Part shown: piece by piece, positions 40,950 through 55,790 of the stretch | How positions within the stretch are numbered: position 1 is the first letter of the stretch | Layout: the number at the start of each line of letters is the position of its first letter | Source: Octopus sinensis | Taxonomy: Eukaryota | DNA length: 64,000 bases | Assembly: GCF_006345805.1 (NCBI RefSeq) | Contig: NC_043003.1 | Span: forward strand, 50,406,001 to 50,470,000 | Direction: 5' to 3' | Translations under genes and position numbers: made by a program | The notes under the pieces: model-generated | Seen by the model: only the letters and a program-made list of their open reading frames with translations | What the model was told of the DNA's origin: nothing | Database searches by the model: none

Positions 40950-41880
40950 AGATCCTTTTAATTTTCTATCTTATTATATGAAGACCTTTGGTCAGAAGGG
41001 ATCGAGATGTGCACCAGTATACAAATATTTTCGTTCCAGTACTTTTTATATAGAACCTGTTCGCTTTTTTTTTCTCCTTAACTCTCTGGAAAGACACATC
41101 CCAAATGACCGTGGCCATGTATTGGTTATCTGTCATATTTTTGCATGTTAATACCTTTCTTATGTTTTCAGATTGATGTCTCGTCATACTACTCAGTGGA
41201 TATGGCTGACGACTCTACAAGTCTAGGAATATACTTGGACTGGGCAGCGTGAAATAACGTGATCATTTGTCTCATTGTATTGATTCCTCGGCTTACACTT
41301 CCCATTGGCATCTTTATGTTATTTTGTTTTTGGAGGTTAGACATTGAGCCTGTGTAATTAAAATAAGGCCTTCTCTTGCGGCTTTTAGTACAGAGCTTTT
41401 GCACCATTAGTGCTTTCATTGTAGCTTACTTCTTGTCGAGTCTTACTGATGATTGATTAGTCATGGAGTAGTTTTTCACTTTATTTTTTTCTTTAGTATA
41501 TCCAGATATTCCGTTTTGATTTTGTCTTCTGTTATAGTTTTTTCAACTCTTTTCTAACGTTTTATCTGTATCTAATTTTTAAACTTCAGTGTAGTTTACT
41601 TCTAGTTTGTAATTTGATGCTTTCTTACATATAGAGAAACATACGCTTCCTTGGCACCCTGTATTAAATCCTGCTTTGTTTCAGTTCCTTATTTCTCACA
41701 TCTCGCGTCCACGCTGTACACGGGGTTGGTATATTAGCTTTGAATGGCAGCTTCAGACCACTGCTTAACAGTTTCCTGGGTTTCCTGTTCAATCTCTTCA
41801 TTTCATTTAATTTCCAATCTAATATATTGAGGACTGAGAAGACAGGTTCGATCACAAATATAATCATATTTCTAGTTTTT
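40950..41880 (-). mobile_element. Degenerate R4/Dong-like non-LTR retrotransposon 3' part
   Basis: ILDWKLNEMKRLNRKPRKLL (RT thumb), CK...NETNDHVISRCP (zinc knuckle) and TVIWD...ANRFYI (decayed REL RPD motif), in the expected order. Confidence 0.7.
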
Positions 41881-41967
41881 AATTATGGTCTAATATGATT
41901 TTTAAAACCTTTCTTTCGATTCCAATGTCTTACTTTTTTCCTTATTATTACTGTTATTATATGTAAT

Positions 41968-42432
41968 GCGGCGAGCTCGAAGAATCGTAAGCACGCCGAG
42001 CAAAATATTTAGCAGCATTTCATCCGCCTTTACGCTCAGAGTTCTACTCCCACCAAGATTGACTTTGCTTTTCATTCTTCAGGAGTCGATAAAATAAGCA
42101 CCAGTTGAGCATTGTGGTCGATGTAATCGACTTAGTTCCTTGCCAAAATTGCTGGCCTTGTGCTAAAATCTGAAACCTATTATAATCTGATATGATTTTC
42201 TTGAGCCTTTCTCTTGAGTCTTTATTTCTTTTATTGATATTGTTAATACATATAAGATGGTAAGCTGGCATAATCGTTACTACGCCGGATAAAAATGCTT
42301 ATCGGCATTTCGTAAAGCCTTATGTTCTCAGTTCAAATCCCACCAAAGACGGTTTTGCCTTTCATCCTTTCGGGGCCGATGTAATCGGCTAGCCCCACTT
42401 CCTCAAATTTCAAGCCTTTCCCTATAATAAAA
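41968..42432 (+). mobile_element. Two tandem SINE family B copies
   Basis: Heads at 41968 and about 42258. Confidence 0.82.
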
Positions 42433-42451
42433 AGGTCTCTTATTGATATTA

Positions 42452-42703
42452 CAATACTCCCTCGACTATCGCGGTTGTTACGTTCCAAAACTCCCCACAA
42501 TAGATGAAAATCCGCGAAGTAGAAACAATACCGTACTGTATATATTTTTTAAATCATTTTTATAATTTGTATATATTTATTTTATTATAAATGCAAAACA
42601 ACACCACAGCGGAATCGACGTAAGCTTAAATAATAAATTGCAATAGGTGAACCGCGATAGGTGAAACACGATAGGTGAACCGTGATATTACGAGAGATTA
42701 CTG
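42452..42703. mobile_element. pogo/Tigger-type MITE
   Basis: TA-flanked TIRs caatactccctcgactatcgcgg / cgtgatattacgagagattactg, with three subterminal gataggtgaa-type repeats. Confidence 0.78.
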
Positions 42704-43051
42704 TATATATTTCTATTATTTCTGGTTTTTCTTTTGTTGTAGTTTTTATCTAGTTAGTTAGTTCTTGCCAGCGATACTATTACTGTTTTGTCACTTAACT
42801 ATATAGAACACGTACAATGGTGGCTAACAAGTGTCTCTTGGTGTGTTATATCAATTGCGCTATGTAATATAATGTTGGTTGACACTTGAATTTTCTGAGT
42901 GCGATGTCGTTCGTCTTTCACTATAGGGTAGCGACTGCAGATCATGTACAATGTTCCATATTACTAATTACCGATTCCGCTATATTTTTGGATATCGATG
43001 GTAGAGAACACTGTCTGTTTCAGTTATGTTAGATTAGATTAGATTAGATTA

Positions 43052-43112
<61 letters not shown>

Positions 43113-43721
43113 CATCATCATCATCATGATCATCATCATCATTTGTTGTTGTTGTTGTTGTTCTTGTTATTGTTATTGTTGCATTATTATTAATATTTTT
43201 ATCATTTTCTTTCTCTTTACCTGGTTCAGTGTTAATATCCACAGAGAAAACTTTATTATTTTCCTCACATTTTCGCTGGTTTATCTATTTATTTCTGCAT
43301 TTATATATTAATATCATCATTGTAGTTGTCGTCGTCGTCGTCGTCGTCATCATCATCATCACCATCATCATCATTATTATTATCATTATTATTATTATCA
43401 TCATCATCTTTATTCTTATTGGTATGCATGGTATGTTGTTTATTCATGAGACGAATATATTCTTCAATGTAGAGTTAAATATCCGTACATACTTAAACTC
43501 AGTGAAACGTGTGAGGCACAGCCATTGACTTGATATACACTGGCATATAACCGCACACATAATTTCACCAACACGTGAACACACTGCAAATTCTCATACG
43601 AATAACATTTTTTTGCTTTCTCCCTATTTTCTCTTGCTATCGTATCTCGCTTTAGTACTGTGTATGTATGTATTATGTATGTATGTATGTATGCATGTAT
43701 GTATGTATGTATGTATCTATG

Positions 43722-43754
<33 letters not shown>

Positions 43755-43866
43755 CTATCGCTCACTCTTTTTCTATATATATATTTATTTATCTACATCT
43801 ATATATATGTATATATTTATGCATTTATACATATGCATATATATATATATATATATATGTATTATA

Positions 43867-43955
<89 letters not shown>

Positions 43956-44206
43956 GCATATGCATATATACATACATATATATGTATATATATACACACA
44001 AATATATATATATATATGTATATGTGTGTAAATATATATATGTATGTATATACATACACATCTATATATATACATATATATATATACGTATATATATATA
44101 TACACATACATATATATATATATACGTGTGTATATAGATATATATACATACATACATATATAGGGCTATCTGCTATCTATCTCCATATATATACGTGTAA
44201 ATATAC

Positions 44207-44256
<50 letters not shown>

Positions 44257-44267
44257 GATATATATAT

Positions 44268-44314
<47 letters not shown>

Positions 44315-44955
44315 TTTGTGCATATTTATATAATGTGTTTATGTGTCTGTCTGTCTTTCGGTCTGCTTGTGTGTGTGTGTTTGTGTCTGTAAGAGTTTGC
44401 GAAATGCCCGATTCACAACTTAGTGTCTTCATCACACGTTTGATAAAATTGTTGTCTGCAAGCGTCTTGCTTGAAAGAAATAAAGAAGAAACATAGCAAG
44501 ACTATGTTTTTGGTATTTTCTTTTTATTGGTGCTGACCGTAGAGTAAACAGCATCAACAACAATAACAATAATTTCAGGGTACGACGAATACATGATATG
44601 AAATGCCTCGCTAGAATCGAACCCTTGTCACACACTCTTACAATTTTATGACGAAAGGAACGTTCCATGTAACGCACAGTAAGTTCAATACTCTATCCAT
44701 TCACTGTCCACTACCCCTTAGACTAGTACCACCATAATCATCACCAACATCATCGGCGCCGTCGTCGTCGTCATCGCTGTTGTCATCATCATCATCATCA
44801 TAGACATCGTTGTCACCGATCGTCTACGAAAGGGGTGTGGTGCTGTTTCTAATATCTTCTAAGTCGTTCTATTTATCGTCGTCATTCTCATCATCCACCA
44901 CCACCACCACCACAACCACCACCACATCATCATCATCATCATCTCTATCATCTCT

Positions 44956-45006
<51 letters not shown>

Positions 45007-45454
45007 TCCATCATCACCAACACCAGCATCACTATCAACATCAACATCAGAAACACTATCAAGACAACACGCACCGCCAACATCATATATCATCCTCATC
45101 ATTTCATTATGATCATTATCATAATAACCAAAACCACTACCACCACCACCACCACCACCACTATCACCACTACAACCAACACCATCACCAGCAGTGTCAT
45201 CATCATCATCATCATTGCAGACACCTGAGCGCCAGATCGTCTGACGCTCTGCAGAATGGGTTATTCAAATTTAGGAGTGACATGGGAATATCTTACAAAA
45301 ATAAATTTTTGTGGATGCAAGAATCAAAACACAGAAGAAAAAAAGTTACCTTGAGAATTTAAGAATTATTACAGCGCGTGAGTGTGTACATGTGCGTGCA
45401 ATCTGTGCCTATATGTGTATTTGTACATATACGTTATGTATGTATATATATATA

Positions 45455-45502
<48 letters not shown>

Positions 45503-45622
45503 ATATAATATATTATATATACACATATATAAAAATATATGTTTATATATATGTCTATTTATATATGTATATATATATGTATATATGTATATATATATAT
45601 TATATATATACACATATATATC

Positions 45623-45690
<68 letters not shown>

Positions 45691-45967
45691 GAGAGAGAAT
45701 GTGTGTGTGTGTGTGTTTGTGTATGCGTGCGCATATATGGAAACCTATCTATATATCTGGGGGTATTTGTCTCCCCTTCGTAAATATATAAGGACACAGG
45801 AAAAAATGTGTCGAAGCCATCAGGAAGCGTCGATGCTTCCTAGGGCTAAACAGCGGTGGTGTAATCCCCTACTGTCACGTTAAATTGACAGTATACAACC
45901 ATTCTACCGCCCCACCACCGTACATATCTCTATGAGATATTTAGAAATTTAATATTTCTGATATACT

Positions 45968-46386
45968 CTTTTACTCTTTTTACTCTTTTGCTTGTTTCAG
46001 TCATTTGACTGTGGCCATGCTGGAGCACCGCCTTTAGTCGAGCAAATCGACCCCAGGACTTATTCTTTGTAAGCCCAATACTTATTCTATCGGTCTCTTT
46101 TGCCAAACCGCTAAGTGACGGGGACGTAAACACACTAGCATCGGTTATCAAGCAATGCTAGGGGGACAAACACAGACACACAAACATATACACACACACT
46201 TATATTTATATATACATATATACGACAGGCTTCTTTCAGTTTCCGTCTACCAAATCCACTCACAAGGCATTGGTCGGCCCGGGGCTATAGCAGAAGACAC
46301 TCGCCCAAGATGCCACGCAGTGGGACTGAACCCGGAACCATGTGGTTGGTTAGCAAGCTACTTACCACACAGCCACTCCTGCGCCT
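45968..46386 (-). mobile_element. SINE family A, full length, young
   Basis: Close to family consensus from head (taggcgcaggagtggctgtgtgg) to tail. Confidence 0.95.
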
Positions 46387-47450
46387 ATATCTATATCTAT
46401 ATATCTTTATAATATATTATATTGTATTACATTATACAACGTTCTCTATGGATGAGTTCAGTCGAATTATTGATAATTTCGCTTCGCAATTATCAATTAC
46501 CTTCTTCGATTCTACAACTTGGACACCTTAGACAAGTTCACTTACGATTCATTTTGACTTAAGATTTGTGATGGGACTTTAGGTTGACAGAAATGCATAC
46601 ATAGATATATAGATACAAACATACATATATACATACATACATACATACAGACAGACAGACACATGCAGTTACTCAATCCAGATTACAAGTTCATGTTTAT
46701 ACCTGTAATTATTTGGGTGCTGGGATATGTAACACACTGCCTAAATACCAATCAGGAGAAATTGGGCTTCTCAAAACCAAAGAGAAGAAAGTTGATTCGG
46801 AGACTACATTGGAACCTTGAAAATCTGTAAAACTTCTCAGAACTTTAGCATTTAAGTAAGTGTGAGCATGTCTAGATATGCAAGTATATGCATTAGAATG
46901 CATACACAAAACAAAACATATAAATCTGCACGTATTCATTCATATATACATACAAAAATATCCTGTCGATGGTATTGAAAAAGTCTTGGGTCTAGGTTAG
47001 AAACCGGCTCTTTCTCTATTGGCAAGACATCTTCAAATAAACTGAATAATGACATACATACATACATAAATACATACATGAATGCAAGCATGCATGCGAA
47101 CATACATACATACATACATACATACATACATACATACATACATACATACATACATACATACATACATACATACATACATACAAACATACATACATACATA
47201 CATTTAAACCACAGATGAGATCCTGAGAAGACACTTACGAGTACTCAAAAGATTCAAACTTATACTCCGATGTCTTTATATGGGATCGATTCCACAACGT
47301 AAAGAAAGGCTTAAGTAGGATCAGATTGAACGGGTATAGAGGCAAATGTGCGGATAAACAAATTAGATACATAAAATATATTTTAATATATATATCAGTT
47401 TGTGTGTCTACACACACACACACATACACACACACACACACACACTCACT

Positions 47451-47496
<46 letters not shown>

Positions 47497-48029
47497 TATA
47501 GATACATGCATACATATATACATACACAGGTACAGGTCTGGCGATGCAAACAGGAAAAATAGAGCTCGAAATGAGTATGTATATTTTATAAGTGCTAACG
47601 CACAAAACTCTCGGCCATTCGGTTGCTTCTGCTATAAATACGTACATAACTACATATTTTCGTATAGACTGAGAGGTATGCAGACACGCAGACACAGAAA
47701 ACAGCTTGCATGCAACATGTATAGATAGTTATAAATATGTTATTTCTAGAGGTGGTGCAGATAGCAAGGCAAACACAGGCATATACTAAGGTCTACACAG
47801 GAAAACATACACTTATTCACAAATATATGCAAAACACTTACTATTACACACACATGCGTGCGCAGGCATCGATATAAATTAGTGAATGACAAGATAAGAA
47901 TTACACAATCATCTTTACTAGTATACAGGTGTTTCTGCTTTAAGAAGCAAGACACTTAGAGCTGAGAGCTTGTGTAATATTTTATAGCTTTCTCGTACTC
48001 TCCAAACTCGCTTAAAGCTATATTCTAAA

Positions 48030-48428
48030 ACTGGCTGTGTGGTAAGTAGTTTGCTTACTAACCGCATAGTTCCAGGCTCAGTCCGAATGCGTGGCACCTT
48101 GGGCAAGTGTCTTCTGCTAAAGCTTCGTGCCGACCAAAGCCTTGTGAGTGGATTTGGTAGACGGAAACTGAAAAAAGCCCGTCGTATATATATATGTGTG
48201 TGTATGTGTGCGTGTGCGTGTTTTTGTGCGTTTGTCCCCTCCACCATCGCTTGACAACTGATACTGGTGTGTTCACATGCCCGTAACACAGCGGTTCGGC
48301 ATAAGAGACCGATGGAATAAGTACTAGGCTTACAAACAATAAGTCCTGCAGTCGATTTGTTCGACTAAAGACGGGGCTCCAGCATAGTCGCAGTCAAATG
48401 ACTGAAACAAATAAAAGAATAGAAGAAT
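48030..48428 (+). mobile_element. SINE family A, near full length
   Basis: ggctgtgtggtaagtag head through gactgaaacaaataaaagaat tail. Confidence 0.9.
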
Positions 48429-50834
48429 ATTTAGAGTTCTAACAACTGGTTATTAATACCGCTATGCGTAAGTGAAATCCTTAAATGTGTGTGCGTGTGT
48501 GTATGAATGTGTGTCTGTCTGTGTGTCCATCTGTGCGCGCGCGCGTATGCGTAGGTGTGTATGAATGTATGAGTGTTTGTGTGTGTGTGTGTTTGTATAT
48601 ATACGTACATGCATAAGCACAAAATCCAGAAACACCTAGTTTCATGGTAAAAGAGCAAAGTATACTTAACGTTGTTTCTCTAAATCCAATCAGTTAGTGG
48701 CACGGTGAAGATCTGTAATACATTCCAGAAATTCTCCATGTGAGATTCTTACGTGAATAGATGCACACACTTGGATGAGCGCGTCGACAGATCTACCAAC
48801 ACACCAACTCAACCACATTTTTACTAACTTCGGGAACTCTCTTAACTCAAAAAGTTTTGTTTCTTTGTTAGTAACCGACTTGAACTTTCTCAAGAACTTA
48901 AATTAATCTGAAAGAAAAAAACATACATACAAGATGCCCGAAGTTTTCTACACTGCTCTTTATTGAAAGTCAAGCAAGAAATGTCGAAATCTCTTGTTCT
49001 AATATATATAGTAAAAAAAAATTATAATGTCTTATAAGAACCGATTCTCAGTGATAACAACCCCCAGCAAGAATAAACACATCCTTGTGAATTAATAAAT
49101 TACCTTCCCCTATTCACAACTTGTTTTTGTTTTCTAATTTTAGGTCTACAGGTTTTCGTTGAATTTCTCTTTAATCTTGTTCAACAACTTTACAAACACC
49201 AAATGTTGACAAGCACCATTTTGAGAACAATAAATAAGTACATATTTGTGAATGGCTGGAATCAAATCTAATTGCCTGTTTTATTTTGACTCTTTCTGTT
49301 TAATTTCCATTACGCAGCAAAAGACCTGTCCTTAGTGTTTACTAAGCAAATAAGATCGGAAGTAAAATATATCAAGTAGAATAAACAGTACATTGTCTCT
49401 TAATGCTTAAGTCAAATTGCTCTTGATCCGGTTGTACATGAAACAAGAAATAAAGAAAGAAAGAAAGAAAGAAAGAAAGAGAAAAGGAAGAAAGACAGAC
49501 AGAAAGAAATCTTTCCTGCTTTCTGTCTTTTTTTTTGTTTTGTTTTGTTTTTTTTTCTCTCTGTTTTTCCTTTCTGTAGTCCACAAGACATTTTTCATAA
49601 GGTTAATAGTTTTCTCCGATTTCTGAAACGTTAAGCGGATGAGAAACCAATTTTTTATGCATAAGATGCTAGTCTAATTGTAAGCAATTTCCTCAATTGA
49701 CTAAATGTCTAGTACATGATGTACTTAGCAGTAGTATACGTTGTCTTATCCAGAAGCACAGCGGAGCTCTTATCAAAGTTCACTATCTTCTTGATCATCC
49801 AAAGTATTGATAATATATTTCCACGTCAACTTACCAGTTTCTTTCTTTACTTCGAAGCCGTTACACAAATATAATTGCTAATGTTTGTTTTTAGTGAGAA
49901 ATATGACAAAAGACGATTAAAAAAATAAATCAAAAAGATGTCTGACATTTATTTCTTTATCCTGAAATATCGTTGACTTTAAACCTCATGCCAAGGAACA
50001 TCGATTATTATTCAGATATAGGACTAAATACAAATTAAATTATCTCCGAATCCTAGTTTCTATGTTTTAAATCTGTAGTTTTACTTTTTCAATTTCATCG
50101 CCCCGTAGTCCCTCTCTAGCTTCACCCTGTCCTTGATAAAAGGTGTCCCACTTATGCCCACACCATATATTTTAGATGGGGTGTTATCTAGAACTATCTA
50201 TTATATGCCAGCATTAAGCTGTAATGTGTCATCGCTATTTTATATTTGTAGGATGGTTTGAAAGAATTTTTGTTTCTACTTCTGGTTGTCAAAACGACCA
50301 TGTAGAGCTTCTTACGTGAACTCTTCCAAGGCTGATAAAAGAGCTATCAACTGTTTTACATTCATCGTATATTTTACTAAAATGTTGTTTTTCAAAGCTC
50401 TATGCATTAAAAAGCTCAACATTAACGTAACCAATAGAATGAACGAAGAAAATTAATCATCGAAGATAACTCTCCAGTAACGCCTTTGGCTTTGTGAGCG
50501 ATGATTTAACTTTATGCAACCTTATTTACTGCAATAGGATTCAAACATTTAGCCAGAAATAATTATGGGGCGAAGAAAAGACGCCCCAGTTCATTTAATA
50601 TTATCTTGATAAAATAACCGCTTTAATCTTATTCAGCAAACTTTACCAACGCCAAGTGTTGACTAGTACCATTTTGAAAACAATAGATAAGTACATATTT
50701 GCAAATGGTTAGAATCAGTTGCTTATTTTATTTTGACTCTGTTTAATTTCTGTTACGAGGCAAAAGACCTGTCTTTAGTGTTTACTAAGCAAATAAGGTG
50801 GGAAGCAAAATATATCAAACATACAAATGCATAC

Positions 50835-50878
<44 letters not shown>

Positions 50879-50924
50879 ACACACATATATATATATATGT
50901 AAAATACAGTGTACATTTAAACAC

Positions 50925-51965
50925 ATAAGGAATCCACTCATGGGATTCAACATGCTAGAAAGAACAGCTAGGTTCCATAACCACAAAATTGGGGATAAAA
51001 TTCAACAGCAAATTTCCACAACTGTATACAGTTTCTCTCCTCTGTCCCAAATCATTATATCAGGTCTGTTGTGCTTATTGAAGTTTTCACTGCGACATTC
51101 CGCCATTAGTCCTTTTTATTATGAGTGGCTATGGCTTATAACATATCGTGGGTTCTTATTTCTTTGTCATCGGGGTTATCCTTCCGACAGATTTCATTAC
51201 AGAATGTTCTACCTACAGTATCATGTCTCATCGGTGGTTAATACCTTGATGACATTTTCGGAAAACTGCTTATGATGTGGCTGATATATTCGGTGTTAAC
51301 TCCACAAAGTCTGCATCGGTTGTCACATTTTACTGCTTTTCATGCATTTCTATCCCTTTTGTGTATCAAGTACTTAGTGGATATTTTCTCTTCCTGGATT
51401 GCAAACGCATACCTTTCAAAGTGGGAGGTAGTATTCTGGCTATTGGTCCATGATAGACTGCTTTCATGATCAACGTTACTTTCACCTCGGAGCTTTCTAC
51501 TAACATAACCATACGTGATCTTCTGATCACATATGCTCATCCTTTCATTTGATTATACGTTGCGGTAGTCGTGCGACTTCTATGGCCATGTATACTAGGT
51601 TATCAGACAAAGGATTCTATTCAAGAAGTTGCCTTCTAAGTCTTATGTTATCAGCCTCATGTATGCAAGCTTGGTCATGGGATGCACTTCGACGCTTGGT
51701 GGTTAAAAAATGTTGTCGAAGGGATATGATGCAAACATTCAAAGGCATTTTGGATCAATGTTAAGCCTCTGCCGCCTTGCTTTTGTTTTAGACAGAGGCG
51801 GTCTACGTCACTGTTTGTGTGGAAATTGTGTGCTTGTTAGTATTTTTCGGACTTTCCCATCAATGGCTCGGATCTCATCAAGCTTCCAATGAAAGCATCC
51901 CAAATGTTGGTATGATTACTGGCACTGCAAACACACTGAGCCACTGTTTTATTGAATACAGAGAA
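50925..51965 (-). mobile_element. R4/Dong-like REL-endonuclease LINE, 5' truncated
   Basis: VFAVPVIIPTFG...AIDGKVRKIL...DVDRLCLKQKQGGRGL, TSHFERYAFAIQEEKISTKYL, CRLCGVNTEYISHIISS and RHD, then HNRPDIMIWD. Confidence 0.88.
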
Positions 51966-52039
51966 TTCTGTGGTTCAAATTTTCATTATTTGTCTGTAAT
52001 ATTCTTTAGTGACATGTGTTTTGTTACAGGTGTCGTATG

Positions 52040-52290
52040 TTTGTATGTATGTATGTATGTATGTATGTATGTATGTATGTATGTATGTATGTATGTATGT
52101 AGTATGTATGTATGTATGTATGTATGCATGCATGTATGTATGTATGTATGCATACATGCATGTATGTATGCATGCATGTAAGTTTGTTTGTATGTATGTA
52201 TTTATGCATGTATGTATGTATGTATGTATGTATGTATGCATGTATGTATGTATGTATGTATGTATGTATGTATGCAAGTCTGTATGTACG

Positions 52291-52322
<32 letters not shown>

Positions 52323-52425
52323 CATGCATGTATGTTTGTATGTATGTATTTATGTATGTATGTATGTATGTATGTATGTATGTATGTATGTATGTTTGTA
52401 TGTATGTATGTATGTATGTATGAAT
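52040..52425. repeat. Long (TATG)n microsatellite
   Basis: Direct reading. It generates the MYVC/HTYI ORFs. Confidence 0.98.
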
Positions 52426-52434
52426 ATATGTATG

Positions 52435-52850
52435 CAACGGGTTTTAGCATAGTTTCTGTCAACCAAATTCTCTCACAAGGTATTGGTCAGTCCAGAACGG
52501 AAGTAAAAGACACTTGCCCAAGGTGCCGTATAGTGCAGTGGTTCCCAAATGTTTTCTGGCTGCTGCCCCCTTGACACCCAGGCCACATTTCACTAACCAT
52601 CACAAACATGGACCTCTTTCTGAAGCAAATTCAAAGCAACAGTATTTCACAAATAAAACAACGCAATGAACCCATTGTGTTGTTTTTACGAGAATCGCTA
52701 CGCCATTATAGCCCCACTTTTCGTTAACACACCCCTGGAACTTTCCACGGCCCCCAGCGGGGCAATACCGCCCATTTTGGTAACCACTGGTGGGACTGAA
52801 CACGAAACAAACGTGGTTGGTAAGAGAGCTTCTTAACTATTCAGCCATGT
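52435..52850 (-). mobile_element. SINE family A head interrupted by a MITE
   Basis: aagacacttgcccaaggtgcc | insert | gtgggactgaac. Confidence 0.75.
52536..52789. mobile_element. hAT/Charlie-type MITE
   Basis: TIRs cagtggttcccaaa / tttggtaaccactg. No clean 8-bp TSD seen. Confidence 0.8.
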
Positions 52851-53024
52851 TATGCTGAAAAATCATTTAAGTAATAATGATTTCATTTCCTTCTATTTCC
52901 ATCTTTCCACCATAGAAACGTGTTGTTTGTTAATGTTTTCTCTTCTTTAAAAGAAGAAATTTGCAACTGAAAAAAGTTTTGAAGACACTGAATAATAACT
53001 AGAATTTCGTGATCATGTTGGCGT

Positions 53025-53077
<53 letters not shown>

Positions 53078-53322
53078 CAGACAGACAGACACAGAGAGAC
53101 AGAGAGAAAATGAGAGAGTGAGAGAGGGGGTGAACGATTTGAAGAAGGCGGGAAAGAGAAAGTTGAATGAAAATTTTATACATTTAAGAAAGTGAAAAAA
53201 CAGAAGTTTGTTATGGTGTATCAGTTCGTGTCGGCGTTGGTGTTTTGCTACTGTTTGTCTGTTGCGCGTGGCCTGATATGTTTCTGTTTTTTTTTTAATG
53301 TGCGTACATTCATGATATATAA

Positions 53323-53363
<41 letters not shown>

Positions 53364-53671
53364 CACATACATACATACATACATACATACATACACACAC
53401 ATACATATGTAAGTATAGACACGCACAATAACACAGCCATGTAACAATGTGGATATTGTTTATTTAAACTTAATTGTCTTTCTCAAGTCTCAAGTTTAAG
53501 GTCAATGTATTCATATATATATATATATACATATATACATATATATATATATATATGTATGATGTAATCACACACACACATAAATAATGTAACCATATAT
53601 ATAAATATATATATGATGTAATCACAAACACACGCATAAATAATATAATCATACACACCCACATATATATA

Positions 53672-53745
<74 letters not shown>

Positions 53746-53751
53746 ATATAG

Positions 53752-54125
53752 GCATAGGAATGGCTATGTGGTAAGTAGCATGCTTATCAGCTACAAGGTT
53801 CCGTGTTCAGTCCTACTGCGTAGCACCTCCGGCAAGTGTCTTCTACTATAGCCTCGGGCTGACCAGAGCCTTGTAAGTAGATTTGGTTGACGGAAACTGA
53901 AAGAAGCCCATCGTATATTTGTATATATATATATATGCATGTGTGTGTATATGTTTGTGTGTCTGTGTTTGTCCCCCCAACATCGCTTGACAACCGATGC
54001 TGGTGTGTTTACGTCCCTTTAACTTAGCGTAATAAGTCCTGGGGGTCGATTTGCTCGACTAAAGGCGGTGCCCCAGCATGGCCACAGTCAAATGACTGAA
54101 ACGCGTAAAAAGAGTAAAAGAGTGT
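53752..54125 (+). mobile_element. SINE family A with internal deletion
   Basis: Head, body and tail match the consensus, but the segment after aacttagcg is missing. Confidence 0.88.
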
Positions 54126-54385
54126 ATATATCATATACACGCACATAGCTGCAAACACCCACACACCCACACGCACACACCCAGAAACAAATATACACAC
54201 AGACACACGCATGCACATGCCAACACTCACGCAGACATACACACACACACGCACACATACATTCACACACACATATAAACAATAAACTTATATGTACGCG
54301 TGTGTGAAATGCCTTAACATAACATACAATTACTGCGTGTTCAGAGACAGAGTGTGTGGGTGTATGGGTACAGATGCATACGCGG

Positions 54386-54453
<68 letters not shown>

Positions 54454-54699
54454 GTGTGTGTGTGTGAAATACAGAATTTTAATTAAATTTGAAAGGTGGA
54501 CTGATGATAAAAAAGAAAAGGGATATGACATATAATGAAACGAGCGAATTAGCTTAAAATGCCGAGAAGGTATTATTGAGCTCCATCATCATCATCATGC
54601 GTACAAGGAAGTAGAGTGAGGCACCGTCTCAACACCGTCTCATGCATATATTTCAACAGAGAAACACAAGGCCATAGATATATATGTATGTAAATTGCC

Positions 54700-54858
<159 letters not shown>

Positions 54859-55094
54859 TCTGTCTGTCTGTCAATTTATTTATCTACCTATCCCTCTATC
54901 TAGCTTTTTATCTCTCTACACACGCATATAATATATATTCATATATATATATCATTTATCGTTAAAGGCGTGAATTTATAATGATTTTTTGATAACTGAC
55001 GAGGAAAGAGAATGAATATTTGTGAATATTTCGTTCGTTTCTTTGTCAAATATATATATATAAATTATATGTATATATCTATATATATATACAC

Positions 55095-55161
<67 letters not shown>

Positions 55162-55790
55162 ATGGCATGCACATAGATATACAGATATACGCGTGTTTTT
55201 TCTATCCACCTGTGTAGCAATAGACAAGGTGATGTCTACAATGTTCTATAGTAAATTCTATGAACGAAGCGAAATACTGTTAACAGACCAACATTTTAAT
55301 GTCCATTCTCGCTGCCAAGTATGTGTTAAGTATGCAATTTGATCTATATAGTTCACTTTAATATCTAATATTAGTAGTTTATATTCAATGAAGTTATGAA
55401 TATTCAAAGGTGTTTCGCAGGTACTGACAAGTAACGAGAAAAACAGACGAAACTTATGATTAACTACTTCGCTTCCTTTCTCCGAGACATATATATATAT
55501 ATACTATATATATAATATATATATATATATATTATATATATTATATATATATATACATATGAGAGCGCAATCTTAATGCAAGTTTGATGAAGTGTCACTC
55601 AAATGTCTAAGATCGCAAATTTTATACATATATTCACTTCGAATATTGTGTAAACTAGGGTTGAAAACAGAGTTGGTGCAGAAACATCTGCAAAAATTAT
55701 CATTAAAGATGTGATAGAGCATTTCTTTGTCATATCGTTTGGATATACATGCGTATATATAAAGCACACAAGGAAAAAGGATGTCCAGGT

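Noticed and set aside
44810-45200. Poly-D, poly-M and poly-S ORFs
   Set aside because: They come from (CAT)n/(CAC)n trinucleotide tracts with no flanking coding signal.
48753-48907. Coding exon on the minus strand (ttctttcag...cac|gtaaga)
   Set aside because: All three frames hit a stop within 18 nt of the acceptor. Kept only as part of the duplication finding.
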